Below are positions 10,542 to 21,704 of a stretch of DNA of 64,000 nt, piece by piece. The stretch comes from an uncultured Nitrospiraceae bacterium. Its GTDB lineage: Bacteria; Nitrospirota; Thermodesulfovibrionia; Thermodesulfovibrionales; UBA6898. A program made the translations under genes and the position numbers. Within the stretch, counting starts at the first letter, position 1, and each line of letters opens with the position of its first letter. Where the stretch lies: NCBI GenBank assembly GCA_963811165.1, contig CAWEQH010000010.1, positions 1-64,000 on the forward strand, written 5' to 3'. The notes below the pieces were generated by a model. That model searched no databases. It was not told the origin of the DNA and saw only the letters and a list, made by a program, of their open reading frames with translations.

Positions 10542-10636
10542 AAATAAGTGAAAGGCCGGCTGGGGATCGGGGATAACCGGCCTTTCATGGAGGGTGGTAG
10601 ATAAACTCATTCTTTGGAGGGATCATCTATCTACCT
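10542..10636 (-). ncRNA. Candidate small RNA with anti-Shine-Dalgarno CCCUCC motifs
   Basis: Own sigma70-type promoter, 5' hairpin, 3' terminator hairpin, no credible ORF. Confidence 0.6.
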
Positions 10637-10642
10637 GCTTCT

Positions 10643-10672
10643 AGCCTAGCAGATACTTTATATCGATGTCAA
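10643..10672 (-). promoter_or_regulatory. sigma70-type promoter of the candidate sRNA
   Basis: TTGACA-N18-TAGGCT with extended TG on the minus strand. Confidence 0.6.
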
Positions 10673-10701
10673 TACGATAAAGGAGAATTAATTTTATCTC
10701 T

Positions 10702-12342
10702 TCAATGCAAAGACTGGTCCTTAAGAAGCCTCCCGACTCCTGTCTTCATGGGAAGATAAAAGGCGGCCCCGTTACATAGGAGGATGCATATAAGACATAC
10801 GACAATATGCAGAAAAATCGGAAAACGGGGCGGCATAGGCTGTCTTAAGGCCAGAAGATAATAGATCCAGGACTCTAGAGAGACCGTTATGATCACGAGA
10901 CCGAAGGCAAGCAGCATGAAAACCATCGCCCCGGCACTTACCGAGACTGACGCAATGTTGACGTGTCTGAACTTCGGATAGACCGCGCCGAGGCCCGTTG
11001 CAAGCCCGCTGACCGAAATTGAGAGAAGGAGAATTGTCCCTACCGACGCAAGCATGAGAGGGCCTTTCACCGCCAGCGCCGAATTGGTCAGCGTGACAAG
11101 AGCGGTCATAAGAAAGGCCAGGGGAATGCAACCGTAAAGCAATTTCAGCCATACGAACCTCCTCAGACTGACCGGCGAGATCCTGACGACCCAGAAGGCC
11201 ATGCCTTCAAGACTCACCGAGGTGTAAAGGAATCGTGCCGCAACGGCCGAAAGCACGAGCCCGGCCATTACCATGTTGATCGCAGCCATGATCTCCCTGG
11301 CGAAAGAAGTCACTCCGGCGATCATGTCGAGAGGAAGTGATCTGAAGTTGTATATGTATACGGCAACGAGCGCGAGGACAACGAATATCTGGGACCACTG
11401 GCCCTTGTCCCTGAAAAAAATGAGGAGGTCCTTGTAAAAAAGCGCCAAAGACCCTCCGGGGTAAAATCTCCTTAACAGGTATCCGCCGGATTTTTTTTCG
11501 GAAGGAAGGAGCCTTTCAATATTCGAGAGGAAAAATACTTTGCCGGCCAGTGAGGAAAGCAGCAGGAAGAAGACGGCGTTTATGAAAAGGACAAAGACAT
11601 AAAAGGCGTCCGGTGCCTTGCCAGTGAGGAGCGGAAAGACCCCCTTGGCCATCCAGTAGTCGGGAAGAAGCGGGGAATTCGGCGCAAATTTTATGAACGA
11701 GCCGATAACCGCTTCCGGGGCGCTAAGACCGCGGGGCAGGGAGGACCTTATCACAAAGTAAAAAACAAGGAAAAGAACGATGACCGCGCCTACGAATAGG
11801 TCACGCGATTTTTTTGCGGGAGAGACCCGCGTGAGGAGATGGGCAATAGATATACCAAGGCCGGCCGCAATCAGCACAAACATGGCAAAAGCGACCGGCA
11901 TGAACAGGTAATACATTGCCGGAGCACAATAGCATGTCCCGTAGGCCAGCAGAACCGGGGTGAGGAAGACCGCAACCATCCAGGACGAATTCGCGAGCGT
12001 CATGAAAGTCTTATACCTCAGAATGTCGGAGACACCGAGAGGCCTCGCAAGGAGAAAAGACATGTCCTTCGAAAGATAGAAAGAGGAGATCGCGGCTACT
12101 ATATTGCTCAAAACAAGAAACCCGGTAAGGCTGAAGAAAGTCATTGAAAAAAGTCTTTCCGCAAGCGCTTCCCCGAAAAAGTCGATCCCTCTTACGGTCG
12201 CGAGCACCTTGTATGTGCCGACGTAGAGAAGGCCCCAAAAAAAGGCCCCCATGAGCGCCAGGGGGAGTCTCTTCGAGACGGTTGCGGCGTTCAGGGAATT
12301 GCGTACCGTCAGAAACTTTGGCTTCAAAAGCAGCAAGAGCAT
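10702..12342 (-). CDS. Putative ABC exporter permease
   Basis: About 12-14 TM segments, KDLLIFFRD..QW, SVSLEG motifs; downstream of the ATPase. Confidence 0.85.
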   Translation of the reverse strand: MLLLLLKPKFLTVRNSLNAATVSKRLPLALMGAFFWGLLYVGTYKVLATVRGIDFFGEALAERLFSMTFFSLTGFLVLSNIVAAISSFYLSKDMSFLLARPLGVSDILRYKTFMTLANSSWMVAVFLTPVLLAYGTCYCAPAMYYLFMPVAFAMFVLIAAGLGISIAHLLTRVSPAKKSRDLFVGAVIVLFLVFYFVIRSSLPRGLSAPEAVIGSFIKFAPNSPLLPDYWMAKGVFPLLTGKAPDAFYVFVLFINAVFFLLLSSLAGKVFFLSNIERLLPSEKKSGGYLLRRFYPGGSLALFYKDLLIFFRDKGQWSQIFVVLALVAVYIYNFRSLPLDMIAGVTSFAREIMAAINMVMAGLVLSAVAARFLYTSVSLEGMAFWVVRISPVSLRRFVWLKLLYGCIPLAFLMTALVTLTNSALAVKGPLMLASVGTILLLSISVSGLATGLGAVYPKFRHVNIASVSVSAGAMVFMLLAFGLVIITVSLESWIYYLLALRQPMPPRFPIFLHIVVCLICILLCNGAAFYLPMKTGVGRLLKDQSLH

Positions 12343-12349
12343 GACAGAC

Positions 12350-13057
12350 TTATCCGTTTACCCTGAGGAACATCCCTTCAAGTCCGCCCTCGGTATCGCG
12401 TATCTCTTTCCTGTCTTTCAGCGAGACGAGCGAACCTTTGTTTAAAAACCCGATCCTGTGACATAGCCCCTCCGCGATATGGAGACTGTGCGTAGCAAGG
12501 AAAACCGAGATGCCTTTCGCACATAGCCCGTTGATGATTTCCCTAAGCGTCCTGACGCCGAAGGGATCAAGTCCGGTGAACGGCTCGTCTATCAGTAATA
12601 CCCCGGGATCATGGACAAGGGCGGATGCAAAAAGGAGCCTCTGTCTCATCCCCTGAGAAAAACTCTCGATAAGGGAATCCTCCATCTCCGGGATCCCAAG
12701 GAGTGAAAGGAAGTGTTCTATGCGAACGAGGGCATCGGATTTCCCGATACCGTACATCGATGAAGTAAAGACCAGGAACTCCCGCGCCGTCAATTTTTCG
12801 TAAAGAAATGCCCTGTCAGGGACGTACCCGAGGACGGACTTTGCCTTCATCGGGTCTTCGGTGATGTCATAGTTTCCGATCAGGATCCTCCCGCTGTCGG
12901 GCCTCAGGAGGCCGGTCATCATCTTAATCGTAGTGGTCTTACCTGCGCCGTTGGGGCCCACCAGACCGAATATCTCGCCGTCGGCTACAGTAACGGACAT
13001 CTCTTTCACCGCAGGGGATCCGCCGAATGTTTTGCTGACGCAATCGATCGTGATCAT
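12350..13057 (-). CDS. ABC transporter ATP-binding protein
   Basis: GPNGAGKTT, FSQGMRQR, LLIDEP, H-loop. Confidence 0.95.
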   Translation of the reverse strand: MITIDCVSKTFGGSPAVKEMSVTVADGEIFGLVGPNGAGKTTTIKMMTGLLRPDSGRILIGNYDITEDPMKAKSVLGYVPDRAFLYEKLTAREFLVFTSSMYGIGKSDALVRIEHFLSLLGIPEMEDSLIESFSQGMRQRLLFASALVHDPGVLLIDEPFTGLDPFGVRTLREIINGLCAKGISVFLATHSLHIAEGLCHRIGFLNKGSLVSLKDRKEIRDTEGGLEGMFLRVNG

Positions 13058-13193
13058 TCTGCTTTATCTTACACCTTATGTACCAAGGGTTTCAAAATCG
13101 GATTCTTGTCAGGCCAAAGGCAAAGTTGCAATCACGCAGAGTTTGTTCGGAAGAAAAAGTGCAGGTCCGGTCTCCGGGACTTCGGCTGTGTCG

Positions 13194-14309
13194 TTATGAT
13201 GCTGCAGTGAGGACTTTGCCGGCAAGTTCATCCATGAGGGACTTGACCTGGACTATCTTTTCGACCCTGCTTGCGTTCGTGCCGACCGTAAAGAGCGACT
13301 CTTCCTTGTCAGGGTTGTATCCAGCCGAACTGAGGAGTCCGTTACAGATGCAGAAACAGTTTTCGTTGTTTTCCTTGGCCGGACACCGCGTAAATTTGCC
13401 TTCAGTGTCTTTGAGGAGGACGTAGCCCTTGTCGCATTTGGGCTGCCGCAGCCTCTTGACTGAGGATAGGTACATCGGCGACTGTTTAATTATCCTAAAG
13501 GGCAGACCGCACGGAGAACCCGGCTTATGGGCCACAATGATGTCCTCGTTATCAGCTTCGACGACCGCCTTTTTATATACGGCCGATGCGCTGCTTTCTT
13601 CGGTCGCGAGGAACCTCGTTCCCATCTGGACGCCGCTAGCGCCCATCTCAAGGAACATCCGGATATCGGAATGAGTATAGATACCTCCTGCTACGATTAC
13701 GGGGATATCTCCGTATTTCATCGCCATGTCCTTTACGGGAGGGAAAAGGTTTTCGAGCCTGTTGGACTCAAGGTCTATCTGGTCTATCTTGAAACCCAGA
13801 TGCCCTCCTGCGAGGGGCCCTTCGAGGACGACGGCGTCAGGCCGGTAACCCAATCTCTCCCATTTTTTGCAGATGAGTTCGAGCGCCCTTGCGGAGGATA
13901 CGATCGGGACAAGCGCAGTATCTTTTGGAGGTATAATGCCGGGAAGATTTAACGGCAGTCCCGCCCCGGAGATGATAAGGTCGGCCCCGGCATCTACAGC
14001 GCCTTTTACAGAGTCTTCGTAGTCCCGGACAAGGGCGACCATGATGTTAATGCCTGCGAACCCTCCTTCCGACTTCGAGAGGGAGACCTCTTCGTAGGCG
14101 GCCTCATAGGTGTTGACCTTCTTGCCGTTTCTCTTTGAGAGAAGCCTGTCCAGACAGGCGCTTGACACTATCCCCACGCCGCCTTCTTTCGCAACAGCAC
14201 TCGCAAGGGGGGAGAGCGACACTCCGACGCCCATTCCGCCCTGTATGATAGGCAGACGTATCTTTTTTCCTTTAATTACCAGTTGAGGCAGCGATGGTAC
14301 CGGTTCCAA
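13194..14309 (-). CDS. Nitronate monooxygenase/FabK-like flavoprotein
   Basis: PIIQGGMGVG, ISGAGLP, EGPLAGGHLG, AGGI, VQMGTRF; C-terminal Cys cluster. Confidence 0.88.
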   Translation of the reverse strand: MEPVPSLPQLVIKGKKIRLPIIQGGMGVGVSLSPLASAVAKEGGVGIVSSACLDRLLSKRNGKKVNTYEAAYEEVSLSKSEGGFAGINIMVALVRDYEDSVKGAVDAGADLIISGAGLPLNLPGIIPPKDTALVPIVSSARALELICKKWERLGYRPDAVVLEGPLAGGHLGFKIDQIDLESNRLENLFPPVKDMAMKYGDIPVIVAGGIYTHSDIRMFLEMGASGVQMGTRFLATEESSASAVYKKAVVEADNEDIIVAHKPGSPCGLPFRIIKQSPMYLSSVKRLRQPKCDKGYVLLKDTEGKFTRCPAKENNENCFCICNGLLSSAGYNPDKEESLFTVGTNASRVEKIVQVKSLMDELAGKVLTAAS

Positions 14310-14584
14310 CGAAATTACCCCTTAAAAGTAGTTGCAGGCATAAACGCTTAGCAGTGATACCATGAGACGGGAAGGTCAGCGTCATTCCCTGGATATATAA
14401 AAATCATCATACAATATAATCACCTATTGCGGGTGAATTTATCAAGGGGAATGTGTATGGCGAAAGAAAAAAAGACGGAGAGTTCAGGGGAGACGAGTGT
14501 AAAAAGAGGGGTCTTTAGGTTATAATTTAATAAGAAAAATAAATAGGGTACTAGAGAGAAAAACGATAAAAGGGAACGACGGAG

Positions 14585-14836
14585 GTGACAGTGGAGGAAA
14601 TAATCCCCGACAAGAAAATCAATATTAAGGGACTCGTCTGCCCTTATACATTTGTAAAGGCAAAACTGGCGATAGAGTCTATGGAAGTCGGACAGGTCCT
14701 GGAGATACTTCTTGACTATGAAGAGGCCTCAAGGAGCATACCCAAATCAATGGAGGACCATGGGCAGACTGTCCTGAAGGTCGAAAAAACCAACGATACG
14801 GACTGGGTTTTGCAGATAAGAAAGGACAAAGACTGA
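14585..14836 (+). CDS. TusA/SirA family sulfur carrier
   Basis: KGLVCPYTFVKAKLA motif, 83 aa. Confidence 0.88.
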   Translation: MTVEEIIPDKKINIKGLVCPYTFVKAKLAIESMEVGQVLEILLDYEEASRSIPKSMEDHGQTVLKVEKTNDTDWVLQIRKDKD

Positions 14837-15639
14837 TGGATTTTACCGACGACCAGTTATTGCGATACAGCCGCCATATCATTCTTCCCGAGGTTGGAGG
14901 GAAGGGTCAGTCGAAGATCGCTCATGCGAAGGTCTTTATCGTGGGGGCGGGAGGACTCGGCTGCCCGGTGGGGTATTATCTGACCGCTGCCGGAGTGGGC
15001 ACAATCGCCATGGTCGACAACGATACCGTTGAGATGAGCAACCTTCAAAGGCAGATCGCCCACAGCGTAAACACCATCGGCATGCCGAAGGTTGAATCGG
15101 CCAAGAAGACTTTTGAGGCGCTGAATCCGGATGTGAATATCATTGCGATCCAGAAGAGGATGTCTAAGGACGACATCATCGATTTGATCAGGGATTACGA
15201 TATCGTTGTCGACGGCAGCGATAATTTTCCCACCAGATACCTTGTAAACGACGCCTGCTTTATGGCCAAAAAGCCGCTTGTCAGCGGCGCCATCCTTAGA
15301 TTTGAGGGCCAGGTGACGACGATACTTCCCGGAGAAGGTCCGTGTTACCGGTGTCTTTTCGAAGAGCCGCCGCCGCCTGGTCTGGTGCCTTCTTGCCAGG
15401 AGGCCGGAGTGCTCGGCGTGCTTCCCGGAGTGATCGGGGGACTCCAGGCGACCGAGGTCCTCAAATTGATACTGGGCAAAGGGGAGGTCCTCAAGGGTGA
15501 ACTCCTTATCTATAACGCACTGAAGACCACCTTCAGGAAGGTTAAGGTGCCGAAGAACCGGTCCTGTCCGCTTTGCGGAGAGAACCCTACGATCACGGAA
15601 CTCATCGACTATAACGAGGGCTACTGCACGTTACCGTAG
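14836..15639 (+). CDS. moeB: MoeB/ThiF family adenylyltransferase (E1-like)
   Basis: RYSRHIILPEVG, GAGGLG, SNLQRQ, DGSDNFPTRY, CYRC..SCQEAG..CPLC. Confidence 0.92.
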   Translation: MDFTDDQLLRYSRHIILPEVGGKGQSKIAHAKVFIVGAGGLGCPVGYYLTAAGVGTIAMVDNDTVEMSNLQRQIAHSVNTIGMPKVESAKKTFEALNPDVNIIAIQKRMSKDDIIDLIRDYDIVVDGSDNFPTRYLVNDACFMAKKPLVSGAILRFEGQVTTILPGEGPCYRCLFEEPPPPGLVPSCQEAGVLGVLPGVIGGLQATEVLKLILGKGEVLKGELLIYNALKTTFRKVKVPKNRSCPLCGENPTITELIDYNEGYCTLP

Positions 15640-15649
15640 GAGCGTCTGA

Positions 15650-16057
15650 ATGGACGAAGTCATCTTGCCCCGCAAGTTCATCGATCGGATACTTTTCCAC
15701 GGGAGGTCGGCGTATCCTGATGAGGCCTGCGGCATTCTTGCGGGTGAAGGCAACGAGGCAAGGGTAATGTACGAAACCACTAACATGGAAAGCTCCCCGG
15801 TAAGTTACCTGATAGACGCCCGGGAGCAGTTCAGGATCATGAAGGAAATCAGGGACAAAAGGATGCGGATGGTCGCTGTCTATCACTCCCATCCGCTGTC
15901 CGCACCGTATCCGTCGCCGACCGATGTGAAGCTGGCGTTTTATCCTGATGCTGCCTATGTTATCGCCGGTTTTCTTGACCATGATAATCCCCAACTGAAG
16001 GCCTTCGAGATCGTAGACGGCAAGGTGCGGGAGATACATATAAAGGTGCCGGATTGA
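15650..16057 (+). CDS. JAB/MPN+ (Mov34, M67) metallopeptidase
   Basis: YPDEACG, YHSHP....PSPTD JAMM motif. Confidence 0.92.
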   Translation: MDEVILPRKFIDRILFHGRSAYPDEACGILAGEGNEARVMYETTNMESSPVSYLIDAREQFRIMKEIRDKRMRMVAVYHSHPLSAPYPSPTDVKLAFYPDAAYVIAGFLDHDNPQLKAFEIVDGKVREIHIKVPD

Positions 16058-16209
16058 GCCATATTACCCTTAACCTGTTCTATTTGTCCGAGGCGGTCTC
16101 AGGCTGCCATTGACGTCGCAGATGTCATCTAATTAGAATAAAGATAAGAAGAGAAGAAGGCCTTATTTTTTCTGCCGGGAAGGAAAAGGTCTTTTGACGG
16201 AGGAATATT

Positions 16210-17055
16210 ATGAATGGATTAAAGACGATGATGTTGATGATGCTTCTTACGCTTCTTTTGGTATTTGGAGGCGCGGCACTGGGGGGTAGGTCCGGGATGA
16301 CTATTGCCCTGGTGATGGCCTTTCTGATGAATTTCATCTCGTACTTCTTTAGTGACAAGATAGTCCTGAAGATGTATAGGGCGCAGGAAGTGACCGAGGC
16401 GGAGGCCCCGGTCTTATACAGGATCGTAAGGAGACTGAGCCAGAAGGCCGGTATTCCGATGCCGAAGGTATATATCATTCCCGACATGTCACCGAATGCC
16501 TTTGCCACAGGGAGAAACCCAAACCATGCTGCTGTCGCCGCCACAGAAGGGATCATGCAGCTACTGACCGAGGAAGAGCTTTCGGGGGTCATGGCCCACG
16601 AACTTTCACATGTCATGCACAGAGACATTCTCATCGGAACGGTGGCGGCCACGATCGCCGGCGCAATCAGCTACCTGGCGCAGATGGCGCAGTGGGCCAT
16701 GATATTCGGCGGCGGAAGACGTAGCGACGATGACAGCGGCAGTCCGGTAGCCTCCCTCGTAATGATGATCGTTGCTCCCCTTGCCGCAATGCTCATACAG
16801 ATGGCGATCTCGCGGTCAAGGGAATTTTCGGCCGACGAGGGGGGCGCGATGCTCAACGGTAACCCTATGGCGCTTGCAAACGCGCTTCGTAAACTAGAAA
16901 AAGGGACGCGGATGATCCCGATGCAGGCAAACCCTGCTACATCGCATATGCTTATCGTGAGCCCTTTTAGCGGCGGGGGGATTGTGAAACTCTTCAGCAC
17001 CCATCCGCCCATTGAAGAGAGGATCGCAAGGCTCGAGGCGATGCGGCGGGCATAA
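16210..17055 (+). CDS. htpX: Zinc metalloprotease HtpX
   Basis: [31 protein letters not shown]. Confidence 0.95.
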   Translation: MNGLKTMMLMMLLTLLLVFGGAALGGRSGMTIALVMAFLMNFISYFFSDKIVLKMYRAQEVTEAEAPVLYRIVRRLSQKAGIPMPKVYIIPDMSPNAFATGRNPNHAAVAATEGIMQLLTEEELSGVMAHELSHVMHRDILIGTVAATIAGAISYLAQMAQWAMIFGGGRRSDDDSGSPVASLVMMIVAPLAAMLIQMAISRSREFSADEGGAMLNGNPMALANALRKLEKGTRMIPMQANPATSHMLIVSPFSGGGIVKLFSTHPPIEERIARLEAMRRA

Positions 17056-17099
17056 ACAGGGAAGTTCAGGTTTTCCTTAAAAGACAGGCGTGGGCCGAA

Positions 17100-18220
17100 A
17101 GGCCTGCGCCGAATGCCAGCCATCTCCCCTTTAGGCAAGGACAGTACCCCTTGTCTGCGGGCGATCGCTTCGAGTTCGGTGCCGGGATATATCCTGACAC
17201 CCAGATTAAAGAAAGCCGTATCAGTCGGGCGTATGGAGTGTTCGGCGAAGCGGAGGGTCTCCTCAACTGTCTTGTCCGTTTCACCCGGTCCCCCGAGCAT
17301 GAAGATCCAGACGCAGGGCAGTGTATGCCTGTTTACGACCTCTGCCGTATGATGGACGCTTCCGGCTCCGTATCCTTTGCCCAAGGATGAAAGGACCTTG
17401 TCTGAGGCGCTTTCGGCCGTTATGCCTATGCCCCCGAACCCTGCACGCTCCATTACCGCCAGGAGCTCGTCATCTATGTGGAAAGGGTTCAGTTCAAGGC
17501 TATAGAGGGGGGCTTTATGCTTGATACGCGCAAGGTCTTCGCAAAGGGACATGGCATGACCATAGGGTGAGTTGAAGACATTGTCGACAAACTCTATATG
17601 TGTGAGCCCCGAATCTGAAAGTCGCTTCACGGATTCGACCACACCGGCCCTATCAAATAAACGGTAAGTGTTGCCTTCGATCTTCCGGTAAGTGCAATAC
17701 ACGCAGCTGAAATGGCAGCCGAGTTTTGTCTGAAGGGGCACTGCCGTGAGGCAGGAAAGATATTTTCGTATGTCGACCCAGCGGGAAAAATCCGGGGCGA
17801 CGGAAATAGTCCGAAGGACGGGAAAGTCTGCAGGGATAACTGAAAAAAGTATTGTCAGCCATCCACGCGGTGCCGGGAAGAGTTTGCCGTTACCGAGACG
17901 GGCCGGAGCCGCCGAGGGACTATCGGGGTATCGGTCTTTGCCCTTATCACATTGAGGACCTTCACGACGTGATCCATAAAAAAAGCGGGTCTTTGCATGT
18001 CATTATTATCGATATTTCTTACCGAAAGACCTACGACGTCGGGACCCGTTCGGGCAATGCCCGCTTCGACGGCCCGAAGAGGATTTTTTTCGAGCATCAG
18101 ATCGACAACGTGCACGTCATGTCCCGCTCTCTCTGCGGCCCCCGTGACGATACAGGCCCCCAGCGGGATGACCGGTGTCGGGAAAAGGTTTCGGTTGGCA
18201 CTTATAACGAGAACTTTCAT
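17100..18220 (-). pseudogene. Disrupted B12-binding radical SAM protein
   Basis: N-terminal B12-binding-like part (VVGLSVRNIDN) breaks near 17920; CHFSCVYC core lies in another frame; internal segment and C-terminus appear missing, stop lost. Confidence 0.8.
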
Positions 18221-18359
18221 TTATATTTCTTGAAGAATAAAGACACGTTAATGCCATATTACTTCACACACGGAATATGTCAAGAACGTGTGGGTATTTT
18301 CAGCTGGACCGGCGTGACAGGTCATGGTGTTTCTACTACTATGTAAGTGTAGGAACGAG

Positions 18360-21107
18360 ATGATGAACGGTATCGCACAAATCAAGACGGGTCAGATGAA
18401 CTGGCACCGGGTAACTATTGAAGAGGTTATGGAAGCGCTCCGCACAGGTCCTGACGGTCTGGATTTTGCCGATGTGCAGAAGAGGATCAGCGAGTTCGGA
18501 CCGAATGAATTGGTTGAAATGAAAAAAAGGTCGCCCTTCCGCATTTTTCTATCCCAGTTAACGGATTTTATGATCATTGTCCTTGTCTTGGCAGCCGTCG
18601 TATCGGGAATAATCGGCGACCGGGGGGACGCCGTTGCGATCCTGGCCATCGTCGTTCTTAACGCGGTCGTTGGATTTATACAGGAGTATAGGGCGGAAAA
18701 AGCGATTGCGGCGTTGAAAGAAATGGCGGCCCCTACCGCGACAGTCAGAAGAGAAGGAAAGACCATGGAGGTCCCCGCCTCTGCGCTTGTGCCGGGCGAC
18801 GTGGCCGTCCTTGAGCCGGGGAGGATCGTCCCTGCCGATATGAGGATCGCAGAATCTTTTCAGCTCAGAGTAGTCGAGGCGGTGTTGACCGGTGAGGCGG
18901 CCCCTGTGGGAAAAAGTGCGTCGGTCATGACGGAAGAGGCCGCCGCTCTTGGCGATCTGGAAAATATGGCGTTCAAAGGAACCACTGTCTCCTACGGCAG
19001 GGGGAAAGGGATCGTAGTTGCCACGGGCATGAGCACTGAGTTCGGAAAGATCGCCGGTATGCTTGAGAAGGAAAAAGAGGTAAGGACGCCTCTTCAGAAA
19101 AGACTTGCCCGTTTCGGCAGGAGACTTGCGCTTTTCATCCTTGCCGCATGTCTCGTCATCTTTTATATAGGGATATTCAGGGGAGGGCCGTTCCTTCTGA
19201 TGTTTCTTACGGCTGTATCGCTGGCCGTGGCCGCAATCCCCGAGGCGCTTCCGGCGGTGGTGACAATCGCCCTTGCGATAGGGGCAAAAAATATGATGGC
19301 GCGAAAAGCGCTTATCAGGAAACTTCCTGCGGTCGAAACCCTGGGCTCGGTGACCTATATATGCTCGGACAAGACCGGCACCCTGACTGAAAACAGGATG
19401 AGTGTTGAAAAAATGTATACTGCAGGGGAGATAATAGATACCGCCGCCCTGAAAAAGACAATGCGTGTGCGATCGTCCCGGGCCGAAGATAACCGAGGCA
19501 TACCTGAGGGTCTGCAGGCAGTGAATGCCTTAATGACCGCCTTTTCCCTCAATAATAACGCAACGGCGGACGACCCCGACCACCCTTCAGGAGATCCCAC
19601 CGAAGTCGCCCTATTTAATGTCGCGCGTGAAAACGGATTCGATACAAATAGTCTGGAAAAGATGTTGGAAAGGGTGGGTGAGATCCCTTTTGACCCCGAG
19701 AGGCGCTGTATGACGACCTTGCACAAAATTATCATGCCTTCGCAGATACCATTTTTGACAGGAGGGAGTGCCGGAGCGTCCGATAATGGTTTTATCTCTT
19801 TTACAAAGGGGGCGGTGGAGGTGCTCATAGATAAAGCCGCATCCATTTTAGGGAAAGAAGGGGTCAGACCCCTCGACCGTGGGGAGTTGATCACGATAAA
19901 CGACCGGATGGCTTCCGAGGGGCTAAGGGTTTTATGTATCGGGATGAGAAGATGGGGAACCCCTCCGGATATCTTGTCTGCCGATACAGTCGAAAACGGA
20001 CTAACCATATTGGGTCTTGCCGGCATGGTGGACCCTCCAAGGGAAGGGGCTAGGGGGGCAGTGGCCCTCTGTAAAGAGGCGGGGATACAGGTGGTGATGA
20101 TTACCGGGGACCACCCGGCCACGGCCATGTCCATAGCGAAAAGACTCGGCATATCGGATAACGGGAAAGCTGAAATTATTACCGGCAGGGAGTTGAACAA
20201 TATGTCCGATATTGAGTTTAGAGAACGTGTCGGGCGAATACGCGTCTATGCGCGGATGGCTCCGGAGCAGAAGTTGAAGATCGTAAAGGCCCTGCAAGAC
20301 AGAGGAGAGTTGGTCGCAATGACCGGAGACGGGATAAACGATGCGCCGACCCTCAAGAGGGCTGACATAGGCGTTGCGATGGGCGTTGCCGGCACCGACG
20401 TGGCAAAAGAGGCGGCAGATATGGTACTCCTCGACGATAACTTCGCATCGATCGTAAACGCAGTGGCAGAGGGAAGGAAGATATACGACAATATCAGGAA
20501 GTTCATCAAATATCTCCTTACGACGAACTCCGGAGAGGTATTGACTCTTTTCCTTGCACCCGTGATCGGACTGCCGGTGCCGCTTCTGCCGATCCAGATA
20601 CTGTGGGTAAACCTCATTACCGACGGCCTTCCCGCCCTTGCCCTGTCGGTAGAGCCTGCAGAGGGCGATGTGATGAAGAGGCCGCCCAGAGATCCCGGGG
20701 AAGGCATATTTTCTCATGGCCTGGGCCGCCACGCCCTTTGGGTCGGCCTGTTGATGGCAGGGACGGTACTTGCCGTGCAGTCATGGTCGCTCAGGTTTTG
20801 CGGGGCCCATTGGCAGACGATGGTCTTTACCCTGCTTTGTGTGACGCAGCTGGGCCATGTCCTTGCGATAAGGTCTGAAACGCGGTCGCTGTTTGAGATG
20901 GGTCTGTTTTCGAACAAACCTCTTCTTGGCGCTGTAGTCTGCGGCCTCGTCCTTCAACTGACGGTAGTATATTCCTCATCCCTGAATGCGATGTTTAAGA
21001 CCATGCCTCTGACCGCTGGGGAACTGGCGCTGACGATGGCCCTTTCATTCGTCGTATTTTTTTCAGTAGAAATCGAAAAACTCGTAAAGAGGAGGCAAAA
21101 AAGCTAA
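18360..21107 (+). CDS. Cation-translocating P-type ATPase (Ca2+/P2A-like)
   Basis: [37 protein letters not shown]; start codon uncertain. Confidence 0.93.
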   Translation: MMNGIAQIKTGQMNWHRVTIEEVMEALRTGPDGLDFADVQKRISEFGPNELVEMKKRSPFRIFLSQLTDFMIIVLVLAAVVSGIIGDRGDAVAILAIVVLNAVVGFIQEYRAEKAIAALKEMAAPTATVRREGKTMEVPASALVPGDVAVLEPGRIVPADMRIAESFQLRVVEAVLTGEAAPVGKSASVMTEEAAALGDLENMAFKGTTVSYGRGKGIVVATGMSTEFGKIAGMLEKEKEVRTPLQKRLARFGRRLALFILAACLVIFYIGIFRGGPFLLMFLTAVSLAVAAIPEALPAVVTIALAIGAKNMMARKALIRKLPAVETLGSVTYICSDKTGTLTENRMSVEKMYTAGEIIDTAALKKTMRVRSSRAEDNRGIPEGLQAVNALMTAFSLNNNATADDPDHPSGDPTEVALFNVARENGFDTNSLEKMLERVGEIPFDPERRCMTTLHKIIMPSQIPFLTGGSAGASDNGFISFTKGAVEVLIDKAASILGKEGVRPLDRGELITINDRMASEGLRVLCIGMRRWGTPPDILSADTVENGLTILGLAGMVDPPREGARGAVALCKEAGIQVVMITGDHPATAMSIAKRLGISDNGKAEIITGRELNNMSDIEFRERVGRIRVYARMAPEQKLKIVKALQDRGELVAMTGDGINDAPTLKRADIGVAMGVAGTDVAKEAADMVLLDDNFASIVNAVAEGRKIYDNIRKFIKYLLTTNSGEVLTLFLAPVIGLPVPLLPIQILWVNLITDGLPALALSVEPAEGDVMKRPPRDPGEGIFSHGLGRHALWVGLLMAGTVLAVQSWSLRFCGAHWQTMVFTLLCVTQLGHVLAIRSETRSLFEMGLFSNKPLLGAVVCGLVLQLTVVYSSSLNAMFKTMPLTAGELALTMALSFVVFFSVEIEKLVKRRQKS

Positions 21108-21151
21108 TAGGTACGTTGAAGTGTCATGCATATGGTAGAATATAGATGAAA

Positions 21152-21496
21152 GGGGGCGATTGGGCTCGACGGGGGTTATGAGGCTCACGTGGCGTGTCGT
21201 GGCTCCATCACCACGTAAAAAGGTGGAAACAAACACAAACGCCAACAACGAACTGGCACTCGCAGCTTAATTAAGCTGCACGCTACTCAGGGATCGCCTG
21301 TGTACCGGAGATAGCGTCGATCAGCGGGCTGGCTTCAGGGTCTTCTCCTGCCCCTGAGGTAAGATTAAGGGAGATGGAGTTTCGGGCAGCCTGACTGTCG
21401 GCGTCCCGAACCTTGACGATGAAAAGACAGCCTACACACGTAGAAGCTTGAGAGTAGTGCCTTCGGACGCGGGTTCGATTCCCGCCGCCTCCACCA
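21152..21496 (+). ncRNA. ssrA: tmRNA
   Basis: GGGGGCG.../...CGCCTCCACCA acceptor stem, GGTTCGATTCC T-loop, tag ANNELALAA* at 21241-21270. Confidence 0.96.
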
Positions 21497-21511
21497 GATT
21501 ATTGTTCCCGT

Positions 21512-21539
21512 AGGGGATTGTGAAACAGTCCCCTTTTTC
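21512..21539 (+). terminator. Rho-independent terminator after ssrA
   Basis: AGGGGATTG-TGAAA-CAGTCCCCT followed by a T run. Confidence 0.75.
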
Positions 21540-21704
21540 TCCTTCTGCATAGGCTGGAAACAAACGTATTGTACTCCAAAAAGTGGGATACCCATCTGCC
21601 GTAATTTACCCTGATTTGCCTTGACTTATGCGTAATTTCTGTGATAGATAATGAGCACTCCGAATGGAAAAAATAGGCGTAGGGGCATGAAAAAAGGAGG
21701 GCAT

